Program-made: the position numbers and the translations under genes
In this document: positions 13,415 through 24,081 of the stretch, piece after piece
How positions within the stretch are numbered: position 1 is the first letter of the stretch
How the letters are laid out: each line of letters starts with the position of its first letter
NCBI GenBank assembly: GCA_050273025.1
Contig: CP158635.1
Span: 10,602,001-10,666,000, forward strand
Reading direction: 5' to 3'
Length of the DNA stretch: 64,000 bases
Source of the DNA: Cenococcum geophilum
Lineage: Eukaryota
The notes under the pieces: model-generated
Told to the model about the DNA's origin: nothing
What the model saw: the letters and a program-made list of their open reading frames with translations, nothing else
The model's database searches: none

Positions 13415-14504
13415 ATGGTATCTCAATTCATCCCCAGAGTTGTCTTCCCGACGTTAGACTCGCTCCCGCGGTCTTACTTTCTCGGACACCACAAATCAGG
13501 TCTCTCTAAGATGAAAACGTTGCTTTCCTCCATAGACCTGATTGTCGAATGCCGTGACTATCGAGTTCCGCTAACTTCAAGGAACCCACTCTTTGAAGCA
13601 AGTCTGGCGGGAAGGGAGCGGTTGATTGTATATACGAAGAGAGATCTTGGGAGCAACCAGAAGAAGACGGATTTACAGGTACGAGCATCGCGAGGAGCTG
13701 GTCCTCTTGAGTCACGCTAATAAATTATTGGAGCAGAGAGAGCAAATCATTAGACAATGGCATGCTCCTTCGCACGTGCTCTTCTCCGATCACAAAGACC
13801 GGCGCGATGTCCGTCGCGTGCTCCAATATCCTCGTGAATATGCCGCAAACTCGATGTCTTTAATTGGACTGCGGATGATGGTTGTTGGGATGCCGAATGT
13901 TGGCAAGTCGTCTCTCCTCAATGCTCTCCGGAGCCAGGGCGTGGGGAAGGGCAAAGCCGCTTTCACAGGCGCACAGCCAGGGGTCACAAGGAAGATAGCG
14001 ACAGGTGTCAAGATTATTGAAGGAACTGATGAATCTGAAGGCGTATATCTAGTTGATACGCCTGGGGTGTTCATGCCGTATGTCCCGGATGCCGAAGCTA
14101 TGTTGAAACTCGCACTCTGCGGTAGCGTCAAAGACACTATCATCTCACCTACTATGCTTGCGGACTACCTCCTCTACCGCATTAATCTCGTGTCTCCAGA
14201 TCTATATGCCGAGTATCATATGCCTACGAATGATATAATCCCATTGTTGGGTGCCGTAGCGGAGAAAACAGGAAGGTTGCAGAAAGGTGGCGTCCCGGAT
14301 ATAGATGCTTCAGCATTGTGGATCATACAGCGCTGGAGGACCGGCCATTTTGGACGATTTGTGCTTGACGAAGTCACTGGGGGCGCGCTTGAACGGAAGA
14401 AGCATGAGGAAAGTACCATGGTGCCGAGTTTCCATCAAGCTAAAAAGGCCGACAAAGAGGCGAAGAGAGCGCGGTCAAAGCGACAGAATATGGCCTCTGG
14501 ATGA
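13415..14504 (+). CDS. MTG1: Mitochondrial ribosome-assembly GTPase 1 (YlqF/RbgA circularly permuted GTPase), ~343 aa; exons 13415-13678, 13737-14504
   Basis: N-terminal YFLGHH...IVECRDYRVPLTSRNP. G4 TKRD precedes G1 GMPNVGKSS, G2 PGVT and G3 DTPG (circular permutation). A GT..GCTAAT..CAG intron at 13679-13736 joins two ORFs in frame. Confidence 0.93.
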
Positions 14505-14915
14505 GACTCCAAATCTGCATATGGCGTACACCAAGCAATTTCGTAAGCTTTCGAGACAAATCTGACTTGGGTAAAGTCATTGAGGAACACCTGGTGGGTT
14601 CATGCATTTGCCGGGTCAAAATCCAGATAGGATCAGGTTCAAGTAGACATCCAAGAGGGTATATCAAGATCTAACTACTGGCGGGTAGGCCATTAACTTC
14701 GGCCTCAAAGGAGTATACCAAGACGCTCAAGCCCGCTATGAAGAGATAATCTCTTCATTGGTCTCTTTACGGCCCTGATAAGGCTCGCTGTAAATCACGA
14801 GGATATTGTATATAACCAACACCTTACCTACCAAACTAAGGTCGTGATATCATCGCTCTTACTTTTACTCCCGCTGTAACCACTCCACTCATGACACCAA
14901 GACAACACCCAAGCC

Positions 14916-15830
14916 TCAAGCCCGCAGCCTTAAAACTTCACACCACATTCTCACCTCCGCCCACCTCGCCTGCTCTTCCTCAGCACCCGCATAATTACTC
15001 ATAACCTCCTTCACGCCCTCCTTCCCCCCCTCAACCCCCAAATCCTTCCACAGTCCCCTAATCGTCTCCCGCGCCTCCCTCATCGCCTCCACACCCACCC
15101 CCTTCTCCCCTCCATCTCCATCTCCGTCCCCCTCACCCATAACAACGTCCCCCTCGACCGCCACCTCCGCATCCTCCTCCTCCCCCTCCTCACCCCCCAG
15201 CAGCTCCGTCTCAATACATACGACGACGCCCTGCGCAACATGCTGCCCGCCGCTGCTGGGCCGCGGCATGCGCACCTCGCCAGCCCGCACGATGCACTCG
15301 CCGACCTGGAACGCCGCGCCGTCGCGCACGCTGTGCGTCTGGCGGTGCGTCCACAGCGCAGACTGCTTGCTCGTCAGCAGCGCCACGAAGGGCTCGGCCT
15401 GCGCGGCTGGGATGGCGACCACGGGGCCTGGGGTGGCGCCTCCACTAGCACCAGCGCCAGAAGCAGCACCAGAACCGGAACCAGTACCGGAACCAGCACT
15501 AGCACCGGAAGTGGCAGCGTCGGTAGTTGTGCTGGCCGGGATGTACAGGTATGTTTTGCCCGGGTGGTGTGACAAGCTGAGAATGTGTTGGTGGGGCAGC
15601 AGCTTGGGGTCTGTCGAGGCTGCGGCGACGGGTTGCGGCGGTGGCGGGGCGCGCAGGAGGCGGTGTTCGAGGGACCAGCGGGGGAGAGGGCTTGCGGAGG
15701 GCTTTTTGAGGAGGGAGGAAGTCAGGTTTGGGAGCGTGGCCGGCGTGTGGTCGGCCAGGAAGTAGAGGCTGGGGTGGGTTAGCCTTGCGGGCAGAGAGCG
15801 GAGGAAGAGGACTCACCCGGCGACTTTCAT
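14916..15830 (-). CDS. MED20: Mediator complex subunit 20 (Srb2/Med20), ~288 aa; exons 15830-15817, 15768-14916
   Basis: MKVAG|LYFL start with a GTGAGT..GCTAAC..CAG 48-nt intron. Motifs PRWSLEHRLLR, QHILSLSHHP, ALWTHRQT..V.DG..F.VG...VRAGEV and C-terminal EVRMWCEVLR match fungal Med20. Confidence 0.85.
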
Positions 15831-16273
15831 TGTGTGAGGTGGTGTGGTGGGTGGGATTGGAGGTGTGGTGGTCCGCTAGGCTTGGATGACACGGTTTGGG
15901 GGGTCCGGTCAAGGGAGGAGCGGAGATGAGTGTATTAAATTGAGGTGGAAAGAGTGGTATAACATCAATTCCGCAACTGAAAAGCAAGCGAATGCATTCA
16001 TAGCTGACCTTTTCCCTCAAATCAGTCTCATGGCTAGAGAGGAATCTCTGCAGGAAACTTCACCGGATACTGGAGATGTTGATGGTGAAGGTCTTGATAC
16101 AGTTGCTAGTGATATCGGCTTCTTCTCGCAGGGTCGGGGCGCCAAGCCTAAAACAGTCTAGTATAGGCGAGGCCTCGGCGCCTTAGAATTAGGTAACTTC
16201 ACTAATTATTTTATATATAATTAATATAATACCGTAAGTACTATTCTAACGTTTAGTTTAGTCTATTTAACTA

Positions 16274-16922
16274 GGCCGCCACTAATCATACACCCTCTAA
16301 ATGATACACGTACACCCCCTACCTCATATAGTTTGGATGCTTCCTTATTAAGTTAGAACATCACGTGCGTTTGACATGTTTGCGCCTGCATCGCGAAAAT
16401 CAAAAGTGCGACCGCGATACCACGATTAAGTCTTAATTTTAGTTATAGTACAAGTAGCAGAGTCTAAATTAGATTACGCAGTGCTATGTGAGGCGTTACG
16501 CGAATTAATTTAGGTGCTGCTACCTCTGTTTAATGTCTGTAAGCTGCCTCCGCGCCCACACCCGCGCCTCCACCCGCGCTCGCGCGTGCGCCCGGTAGGA
16601 GTCTAGCCAGTATTTCACTCAAATACTAAGGGCTCTCTACGAGTAAATCCGTCGACACGATTAATAATTATAGAGCTAGTTATAGAGCCAATTGACCGAC
16701 CGCGGCGACGCTCTATAATTGTAGGCTCTTAGGTGTGAAGTTAAGGTATTAATTTGGATGGGCGCGCACTTTGATTTTCGCGATACAGGCACGCACAAGT
16801 TAAACGCACGTGATATTCTAACTTAATAAGGAAGCGTCCAAACCAAATGAGGTAGGGGGTGTATGCGTATCAATTGGGGGGTGTACGTATATCATTTAGG
16901 GGGTGTATGATTAGTGGCGGCC
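16274..16922. mobile_element. Non-autonomous TIR element (MITE, 649 bp) with long TIRs and 8-bp TSD
   Basis: Termini GGCCGCCACTAATCATACACCC... and ...GGGTGTATGATTAGTGGCGGCC, with inverted similarity over ~135-160 bp. TSD TTTAACTA at 16266-16273 and 16923-16930. No ORF. Confidence 0.9.
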
Positions 16923-16930
16923 TTTAACTA

Positions 16931-18574
16931 TCCATTTATAGATAATATATAGTGGAAGTTACTACCTAAACCCCTTATTCCGCTAAAAATACTTCCTAAA
17001 ATACTACTATAAATCTTAAGTCTCTATCCAATATAATCTTTATTAGTACTCTATATCTTATAAATACTTCTTTAATATAGATTCTAGCTATATCTTCTAC
17101 TAAGATTTCTTCTATATATACTATAAAGTAGCCCTACTTAGTTAACTTATCTACTATTACTAGGATTACGTTATACTCCCATCCGGTAATAGAATCTTTT
17201 AACTTTAATAACTTTATAATAAAGTCTTATAATATTGTTTTCTATAGTCTCTTTAGTATTTTAATAGGTTATAGCCCTCTGTATAACTTATACCTTATTA
17301 GTTTATTCCTTTAATAATTTAGATATTTCTTTATAACTTATCTTACTAGTCCTTAGATTTTTTAAATAATATACCCCTCTTAAAGACTTAATATTAAGCC
17401 TATAGCCCTATTATACCTTTATATTATTCCTTTATGGAATTCTTTAACAAATTCTTTCGCTATACTTCTTAGGATATATGTAGCTTCTTAGTGCTTATAT
17501 TATTCTATATTTAGATCTTTTAGCTATGCCTCTAAAATCTATTATACCTAAAAGCTCTCTAGTGTCTTATAGACTCGTTCTAGTTCTTCTTCCTAAGTTA
17601 CTATTAATTTAGGGTAATTATATCTAATTCTTCTATCTTTATCCTTTTGTAATATAGCTCTTAATAGCCTTTCTTTATTTTATAGTTCTGCCTTCCTACT
17701 AAGTATATCTACGCTTACGTTTTTAGTACCCTTAGTATACTAAATCTCGAAATAATATTCTATAAGTATTTCTACTTATTTAATTTATCTTTAGTTAAGT
17801 TCCTTTATTATTAGGAACCCTATTAGGTCTTATAATCTATTTTAACTATAAATAGTTTTCCTATACCTTATAAAAATGCCCTTTATTCCTTAAGTACTAT
17901 AACTATACCTAGTAACTCTTTATTATAGGATATTATAGTTCAGTTCCGGTAGTATTACCTTCTGGCTATAATATACTATTAGGTACTATATATCCTAATA
18001 CTTCTATAATAGTATACTCCTAATATAAAGTATAATACGTCCGTCTTAACCACTATCTCTAGTACTAGTTAGTAGATTTTAAGGATTAGATCTTAGGTAA
18101 ATAACTCCTTAAGTTCCTAGAATAGGTTCTTCTTATTACTCTATACCTACAGTTACTCCTTTTTTATTAATTAAGTAAATAGCTTAATGTTTTTTTGGAC
18201 TGCTATGTAGTAGACTTCCTATAGTAATTATAAAACCCTAGAAACAATCTTAACTATATAACATTCTCTAGTTTTTACTAACTTACTATAGCTTTAACAT
18301 TATTTTAGGTCTATACTAATATGTCCTAGTTTAATAACAAATTTGATAAAATTAGTCTTCTTTATACTACTAGCATCTATTCCTCTTATAGTCTCTTTAA
18401 GACCTATTTAATATATTTTCTATATTCTTCTTAACTTATAGAGTTGATAATAATAATATTAAGATATACGATAATAAATCTATCTAGGTGTTCTTCTAAT
18501 ATACTATTAATTTACTTTTAGAACGTTGCTAGTACGTTTATAAGCCCGAATTATATAACTAATAGTTTATATAG
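16931..18574 (-). mobile_element. Heavily RIP-degraded Gypsy pol fragment (RT-RNase H-integrase)
   Basis: The minus strand retains RT (GL.N..ATF, V YL.. near 18450-18550), RNase H and integrase remnants (VV.DKLTK near 17130-17160). Extreme TpA enrichment. Confidence 0.75.
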
Positions 18575-18789
18575 TATAAGGTAAGGATATAGATAGGGAG
18601 TCCAATTAATAGAACAATAGGGTATATTTTATAGATAGACAAATCTTTAAGGGAAAAGGAGGAGTCTATATGCGAGGTAAGGAAGGGCTTTCTCTAGGTA
18701 TACATAGCGTACGTACCTTATAGGCAAGTCGCCTGCGGGTCGCCTATACCTTGCAGCTATATAGCTATCTACTTAGGTTTTATCTAATA
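18575..18789 (-). mobile_element. 3' LTR of a further Gypsy element, followed by its PPT
   Basis: Starts TATAAGG (RIP of TGTAAGG) exactly where the RT fragment breaks off. Ends CTAATA, then a C8 tract (minus-strand PPT) at 18793-18800. Confidence 0.55.
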
Positions 18790-18814
18790 ATACCCCCCCC
18801 TTTAAAAAGGAATG

Positions 18815-19041
18815 TGTAAGGGATCTTTTGGCGGCTGCTAAGGCCAGCCCTCAGCTAGGCCTTAGCACCTCCTTATAAGCTCCCTTAAGCTTATAGCCCT
18901 CTTGCCCTCCTTATCGGTTCGTCTCTGTACTTAGGCTATTGCCTACCCTCATTACCATATCGGCCTTTTCTATTGACTCTCCTTATAACTTATGCTCGGC
19001 TTACCTACTTCCTACCGTATACCCTAGCAATGTGCCTTACA
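18815..19041. mobile_element. Solo LTR (227 bp)
   Basis: TGTAAGG...CCTTACA with TSD gaatg/gaata (one G->A change). Same family as 11600-11826. Confidence 0.85.
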
Positions 19042-19564
19042 GAATATCCCCAATCCTTTCTATACTTGGGCCTTAATAAAACCCTATAAAACACCTTAAT
19101 AAGGAAAAAATTAAAAGGGAAAGATGGGTATATATATATACTCTGCCGGTAGGTTATAAGTTATTTATATATAGCTAGACGCATAGGCGGTAAGGCAGTA
19201 TACCTATTAAATCTGCCGCTAACCCTATACTTTAGCCTTACAGCATACTGGCGTAGCGCGTATATACTTTATATATAGGTTATAGATTACTTATATATAG
19301 CTAGGCTTATAGACAGTAAGACAGTATACCCTTGAAATTCGCCGCTAATCCTATACGTTAGCCTTATATTATCTACGTAGTATATATATAGAATAGTATA
19401 TAAGTTGTCGATATAGGTTACTACTAGTAGGTTATTAGTAGGTTATAAACCTTAGTTAAAGGACACTAGTTATAAATGGACATATAATAATATATAAGTC
19501 GTTAGTATGGGTTATTACTAGTAAGTTACTAGTAGGTTATAGACCCTAGTTAAAGGACTCTAGT

Positions 19565-19789
19565 TATTAGCGACTTAGTTAATTAAGGCACTAGTACGGC
19601 AATATAACGCGCGCAAGCCTATATAATTGGTTGTCTATAGATAAGGATCTAAAGCTAAGAAAGGGAAAGGAAAAGAAGAAGAGCAGCGCCGTTTAAAGTA
19701 GTGTTCTTTTATACGGTCCTTTAGTTACGTAACCGCATCTCTCTACTAAGTTTTGCCAAGTTTTACCAAATTCTACTAGTACTATAACA
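19565..19789 (-). mobile_element. LTR of the 1708-1941 family
   Basis: tattagcgacttagttaattaaggca...caagcctatataattgg...atctaaagctaa...taaca aligns with LTRs 1708-1941 and 7695-7928. No matching TSD. Confidence 0.75.
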
Positions 19790-20260
19790 CTTAACATACT
19801 TATAATAATTCTCTTTACTATTTAAGTATATAATAATATTATCTAGGTAAGCTATAACGAACTTATTATAGTATTCTGCTAATATATTAATCCGCTTTTA
19901 AAACGTCGCTAGTATATTTATAAATCGGAACTATATTACTAATGGTTTATATAGTCCTTCTTTAGTCCTAAATACCCCTTTTTATTTATTACTTTCCTTA
20001 ATCCTAACCTAATAGCATCCCTATTTTAGATCTATCTCTATAAAGATTTATATGTTATCTATTTACCTTAGATCTTACTAATTAAGGGTAATGAATACTT
20101 ATTCTTCTTCGTAATACTATTTAGCTACTAATAATTAATAATTAACTATTCTTATAGAGGATATAATAAACTTAGTTAAGCTTTATATTATAGGAGATAG
20201 TTAGTAAGATTATATCTAACCGTAGATTTAGGTGCTCTATAGGCGCTAAAGGCCTTATAA
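19790..20260 (-). mobile_element. RIP-degraded Gypsy RT fragment
   Basis: The minus strand retains IF..IDL..G.Y.VRIKE, FRTKEGLY.PLV and FV.AYLD remnants. Confidence 0.65.
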
Positions 20261-20793
20261 ATTAACGGCTTAATTGTGAGGTGATAAGCTCCGCACCACT
20301 CAGCCACACAAACCTACAAAAGGTAAGCAAGTGACTGGCTTGATGCCAGACACGGCTGTGCGGAACAATACATATAGGCGAGGTGACTTCGTCACCTGAC
20401 ATTAATGCTAGAAAAAAGATCTTATATAATATTTTATATAGTAGTCTCGGCTTTATAAGAGGGCAAAGATTAATTTATATAATATACTAAGGCCTTTTAA
20501 TTTTAGTGTAATTTACTATAAAAATTAAAATAGTAGGTATTTATATAGCTTGCTTCGTGGGGTGGCTTGCTTCCTGCTACGTTATGCCCGCACGTGCGCG
20601 TAGTGCACGTACCAACGGTCCACTGGGGGTCTGATTTATGTGATAAGGTTTTTTGCGACTTGCTGACACATCGAATCTCAAATGTGGGTAATCTCTGGAT
20701 GGAAATGCGGGCGAAACAGTGGAGCTCTTGGAGATATTTCTCTTTCTCCTACGTTCACTAAGACGATTTTCTCCGTAAAAGAAAGAGCCCGCG

Positions 20794-21645
20794 ATGCCAC
20801 GAACCGAAAAGCCAACATGGTTTCTGCTCAAGAGCACTGACTACCAGCCTGGGGGTTATCTAACCTTGGGTCGCATCCTGAAGTCCTACGACCCAGGCGA
20901 CATCCTCAATCCAGGCCTCCTCCCCAAAGTCGCATCGAAAATAGACTCTGTCCCAAAAAAAGTAGTTACTGAGGCATTCGTCTCTGGCCAGAGTGTCATG
21001 GTAGGACTATTCGTAAAATTCTTGGAAGTTACCGGACTCGGCGGCGAGGCAGGCTTCGGCTTCGGCAAGAGCGACGCCGTTAAATACAATATCGAGAAGC
21101 TCGAGACCCACCACTTTATTCCAGAGGCCGACTTTGTGAAGGAGTGCTTGAAATCTCCAGATGTGCAGGATTACATCACTGGTGGTTGGATCAAGAAAAA
21201 CATCTACATGATATCAGGCGTCAAGATCGCGATTGGAGCGCAGATGGAAAGAATTGACTCGAGTCAACAGGATGTACACCTTCGTGGAGGAGTTAATACA
21301 AGTGCGACTTGTGTACCAATTGATTTAGGGTTGGCCGGTACAGCCTCATCGTCGAGCCAGCAGATCAGGTCGTTCAGAGATTCGGCCGGCTTCGTATATG
21401 CGTTCCGCCTAAGACAGGTTTACTATAGCAAGGACAAGGTCAGAACTGAGCCTGTTGCAGGACAATTCTACAATGTGCATGGTTCAGAACAGGACCTTGA
21501 TGATGATGACGACGACGAGCCGGAAGAGGTGGCTGCATTTTGGGGGTTGGGGGAAGGAGATGTCAATATAGAGCTCGAGTTTGGTTTGCAACCTTCTGAA
21601 ACAGTTAGAGATGGTAATGAGGAATGTAATTACGTTATTGTATGA
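20794..21645 (+). CDS. Fungal gasdermin-like pore-forming cell-death protein (HET-Q1/RCD-1 family), 283 aa, intronless
   Basis: Intact ORF with family motifs: N-terminal TWFL...GYLTLGRIL, Gly/Phe-rich hairpin GLFVKFLEVTGLGGEAGFG, KLETHHFIP..DFVKECL.SPDVQDYI, IYMISGVKIAIGA, second hairpin VPIDLG, GFVYAFRLRQVYY, then an acidic C-terminal tail. Size is similar to HET-Q1, and it is adjacent to an S8 protease gene. Confidence 0.85.
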   Translation: MPRTEKPTWFLLKSTDYQPGGYLTLGRILKSYDPGDILNPGLLPKVASKIDSVPKKVVTEAFVSGQSVMVGLFVKFLEVTGLGGEAGFGFGKSDAVKYNIEKLETHHFIPEADFVKECLKSPDVQDYITGGWIKKNIYMISGVKIAIGAQMERIDSSQQDVHLRGGVNTSATCVPIDLGLAGTASSSSQQIRSFRDSAGFVYAFRLRQVYYSKDKVRTEPVAGQFYNVHGSEQDLDDDDDDEPEEVAAFWGLGEGDVNIELEFGLQPSETVRDGNEECNYVIV

Positions 21646-21791
21646 GGACTCGGACAAAGGATTGAGGCATTCTGGATATGCTAATAGAGAGCAATCTTCT
21701 GGGACATTTTCCCGAGAAAATTGGATATACTAATTGAGATTTACCACGAATCCGCGCACATCACTCACAAGATTTAGAGACCGAACTTCAC

Positions 21792-24081
21792 CTAGAATAC
21801 CTTCTCGATTGCAGCCTTGATGAAAGACTTAACATCTTGATATTCCTTGCGTGTGCCTAAAAACTCCCAAGGTGTCAACACCTTGTCACCGTGCCCTTCG
21901 CCTCCCATATCCTTGAATACTTGCACCATTACATCTCCTCGCTTCAACGACCTAATGTATTCTTCTGAGAGCGCTGGTATTCCAGGAGGTGGGCTTTGTC
22001 TTGCAAACTGAAGAATGAGTGCAGCAATAGCAGCTGCAATAGGGGTGGCAGTTGACGTCCCGTTTCTGCGTTGCGTAATTCCTTGACATAGGCTGGCCGG
22101 GACTGCTGATTCCACCCCTTCCCCCAACGTGGCAATGTATGTGTGGCCTGTAGCTTTATGGGGATTGAATTTTGACCAGGTCCCGCTTCCATCGGTCGAG
22201 AAGATTGAGATAACTTGACTCCAAAGTGCGGGCGCTGCTACGGAAGTTGTATTAGAACGGGCATCATTTGAAGCAGCCGCAAACATCAGGGTCTTCTCAA
22301 TTGCTGCACGGTTGACAGCGTCGAAAACTTCCTCATGGCCAGGGACGCGCCCTTTCCAACCGAAGGACATAGTAATGATGTCTACATTCCATTGAGTAAC
22401 GGCGTGATCGATAGCCTTTCCTTCTGTTATCATTATACCTCAGCAAGGGTCAAATAAAACATACCTTGGCCACGTGAGATGGAAAATTGGGACCAGGTCT
22501 ATCACCGATACTTACCTTCTCCACGTAGATATCTGCGCTTGGAGCATATCGAAGCAGCAACCAGGTAGAATGGGTCCCATGGCCGGATCTATCTATCTTC
22601 GATCGTCCTTCTGCTCCCTCTCTTCCCTTAGTCCAATCAGCCCAGCCTTTGATCCGGTGTCTCTCTGTTTGGATTAGAGGATGCTCATAATCCACGCCCG
22701 TGTCGATAATCGCAATCTTAACAGGATCACCGTTGTGTTTGGCAGGCGCACGTTGCAGCATGTAGTGAACATCAGTCAGTTTTTTGAACCATGCTTCAGC
22801 GCTTCGACGTCTGTTCTGCAAGTAAGTTTCGACATGGTACCGGAGGAGATGAGGGGTGGCATAGTCTTACAGGTCAGGGTGGTAAGCATTCGTATCATCC
22901 GAGTCATACAACTGAAAGCGCCCATATTTTATGTTCTCTCCATCAGATGAAGATTCCTCAAGGGGCTCTGAGTCTTTTGGTCTTGACGAAAGGTCTGAAA
23001 CTAGAGAAACTGGTTGCGATGGATCGCCTTTGCTGACAGTTGAGAATGCTGCCACACTCTGGCCTTTTGGCGTCGCAGCAGGAGCATTCGTTATGGTCAT
23101 TTGATCTTGAAGCTTTGAGTTGGCAATATGCTCTAGTAATATATCTCGTACTTCTGTGCTCGGCTTTTCGGTTGCGTATGTTAGGGCTGTGTATCCATTT
23201 TTTGTCTTTGCCTGAATGTCAGCCCCCCGATCGAGCAGCATCTTGACCACCTCAACTCGCTCTTGGATCACTGCGCGGATTAGGGCTGTTGATCCACTGT
23301 TTATGGACTTTGCCTCAATATCAGCGCGATTATCAAGCAGCACTTCCATCGCGGCTTTCTGCCCCGCATCAGCTGCTACTATGAGGGCTATAGGCCCATT
23401 CTTAGCCTCAATAGCAGCTCCGTTGTTCAATAGGGCCTTTACTACCGCTATATGGCCTTCGGAAGCTGCCATTGAAAGAGCCGTGAATCCCCTGTTGGTC
23501 TTTGCCTCGATATCGGATCCATGTGCGAGGAGTAACTTCACCACAGCCTCCTGGCCCATCTGAGCAGCGAGCATTAGGGCCGTGGACCCATCAGTCCTCC
23601 TTGCCTTCACATCAGCATCCCACAGAAGTAGCAGCTTCACCACGGCCAACCTCCCGAGCTGGGATGCAAGTATGAGAGGCGTAGATTTGCTATTGTTAGT
23701 CTTTGCTTCGACGTCGGCATTTCGATCAAGCAATAATTTCACTATCGCTCTGTGCCCATCGTTAGCTGCACGTAGCAAGGCAGTGAGTCCACTTCCCTTG
23801 AGATTCGCCTCAATATTGGCGCCTCGGTCGAGGAGTAGCCTCACGATCGTTTCGTAACCCCTAGCGGCCGCATGGTATAGCGCCGTCCCTTCGTTGCCGT
23901 CCTCTGCATTAACATGGACTCCCTTATCTAGCAGCAGCCGTACTTTTATTTCGTCCCCATTTGTAGCCGCCCATATCAATTCTGCCTTGTCTTGATCGGT
24001 AGTGCACTGGCTTGAGGTCGCAGATCTGGCACTGGATGGTTCGGGGCTAGCCGTGCTAGCGACTGTAGTTCTCGCGGACAT
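21792..24081 (-). CDS. Ankyrin-repeat + S8 subtilisin-like serine protease (HET-Q2-like), ~726 aa; exons 24081-22871, 22810-22465, 22415-21792
   Basis: About 9 ankyrin repeats (e.g. GSTALMLAAQMGQEAVVKLLLAHGSDIEAK). Intact catalytic residues: Asp (VKIAIIDTGVD), His (SGHGTH), oxyanion Asn (FAAASN) and Ser (NGTSTATPIAA). Introns 22870-22811 (GTAAGA..CAG) and 22464-22416 (GTATGT..AAG) join the three ORFs in frame (2181 nt). No signal peptide or I9 propeptide is visible. Confidence 0.88.

Noticed and set aside
13261..16161. Antisense and alternative-frame ORFs overlapping MTG1 and MED20
   Set aside because: Shadow ORFs of GC-rich coding sequence, explained by the spliced gene models.
19150..19565. 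~125-bp and ~95-bp tandem duplications
   Set aside because: RIP-degraded repeats inside the TE block with no interpretable coding or structural signal.
21792..24081. Three separate genes or a frameshifted pseudogene (as the ORF track suggests)
   Set aside because: Two GT-AG introns of 60 and 49 nt join the ORFs with correct phase and keep all catalytic motifs; the second acceptor (AAG) is the weaker call.
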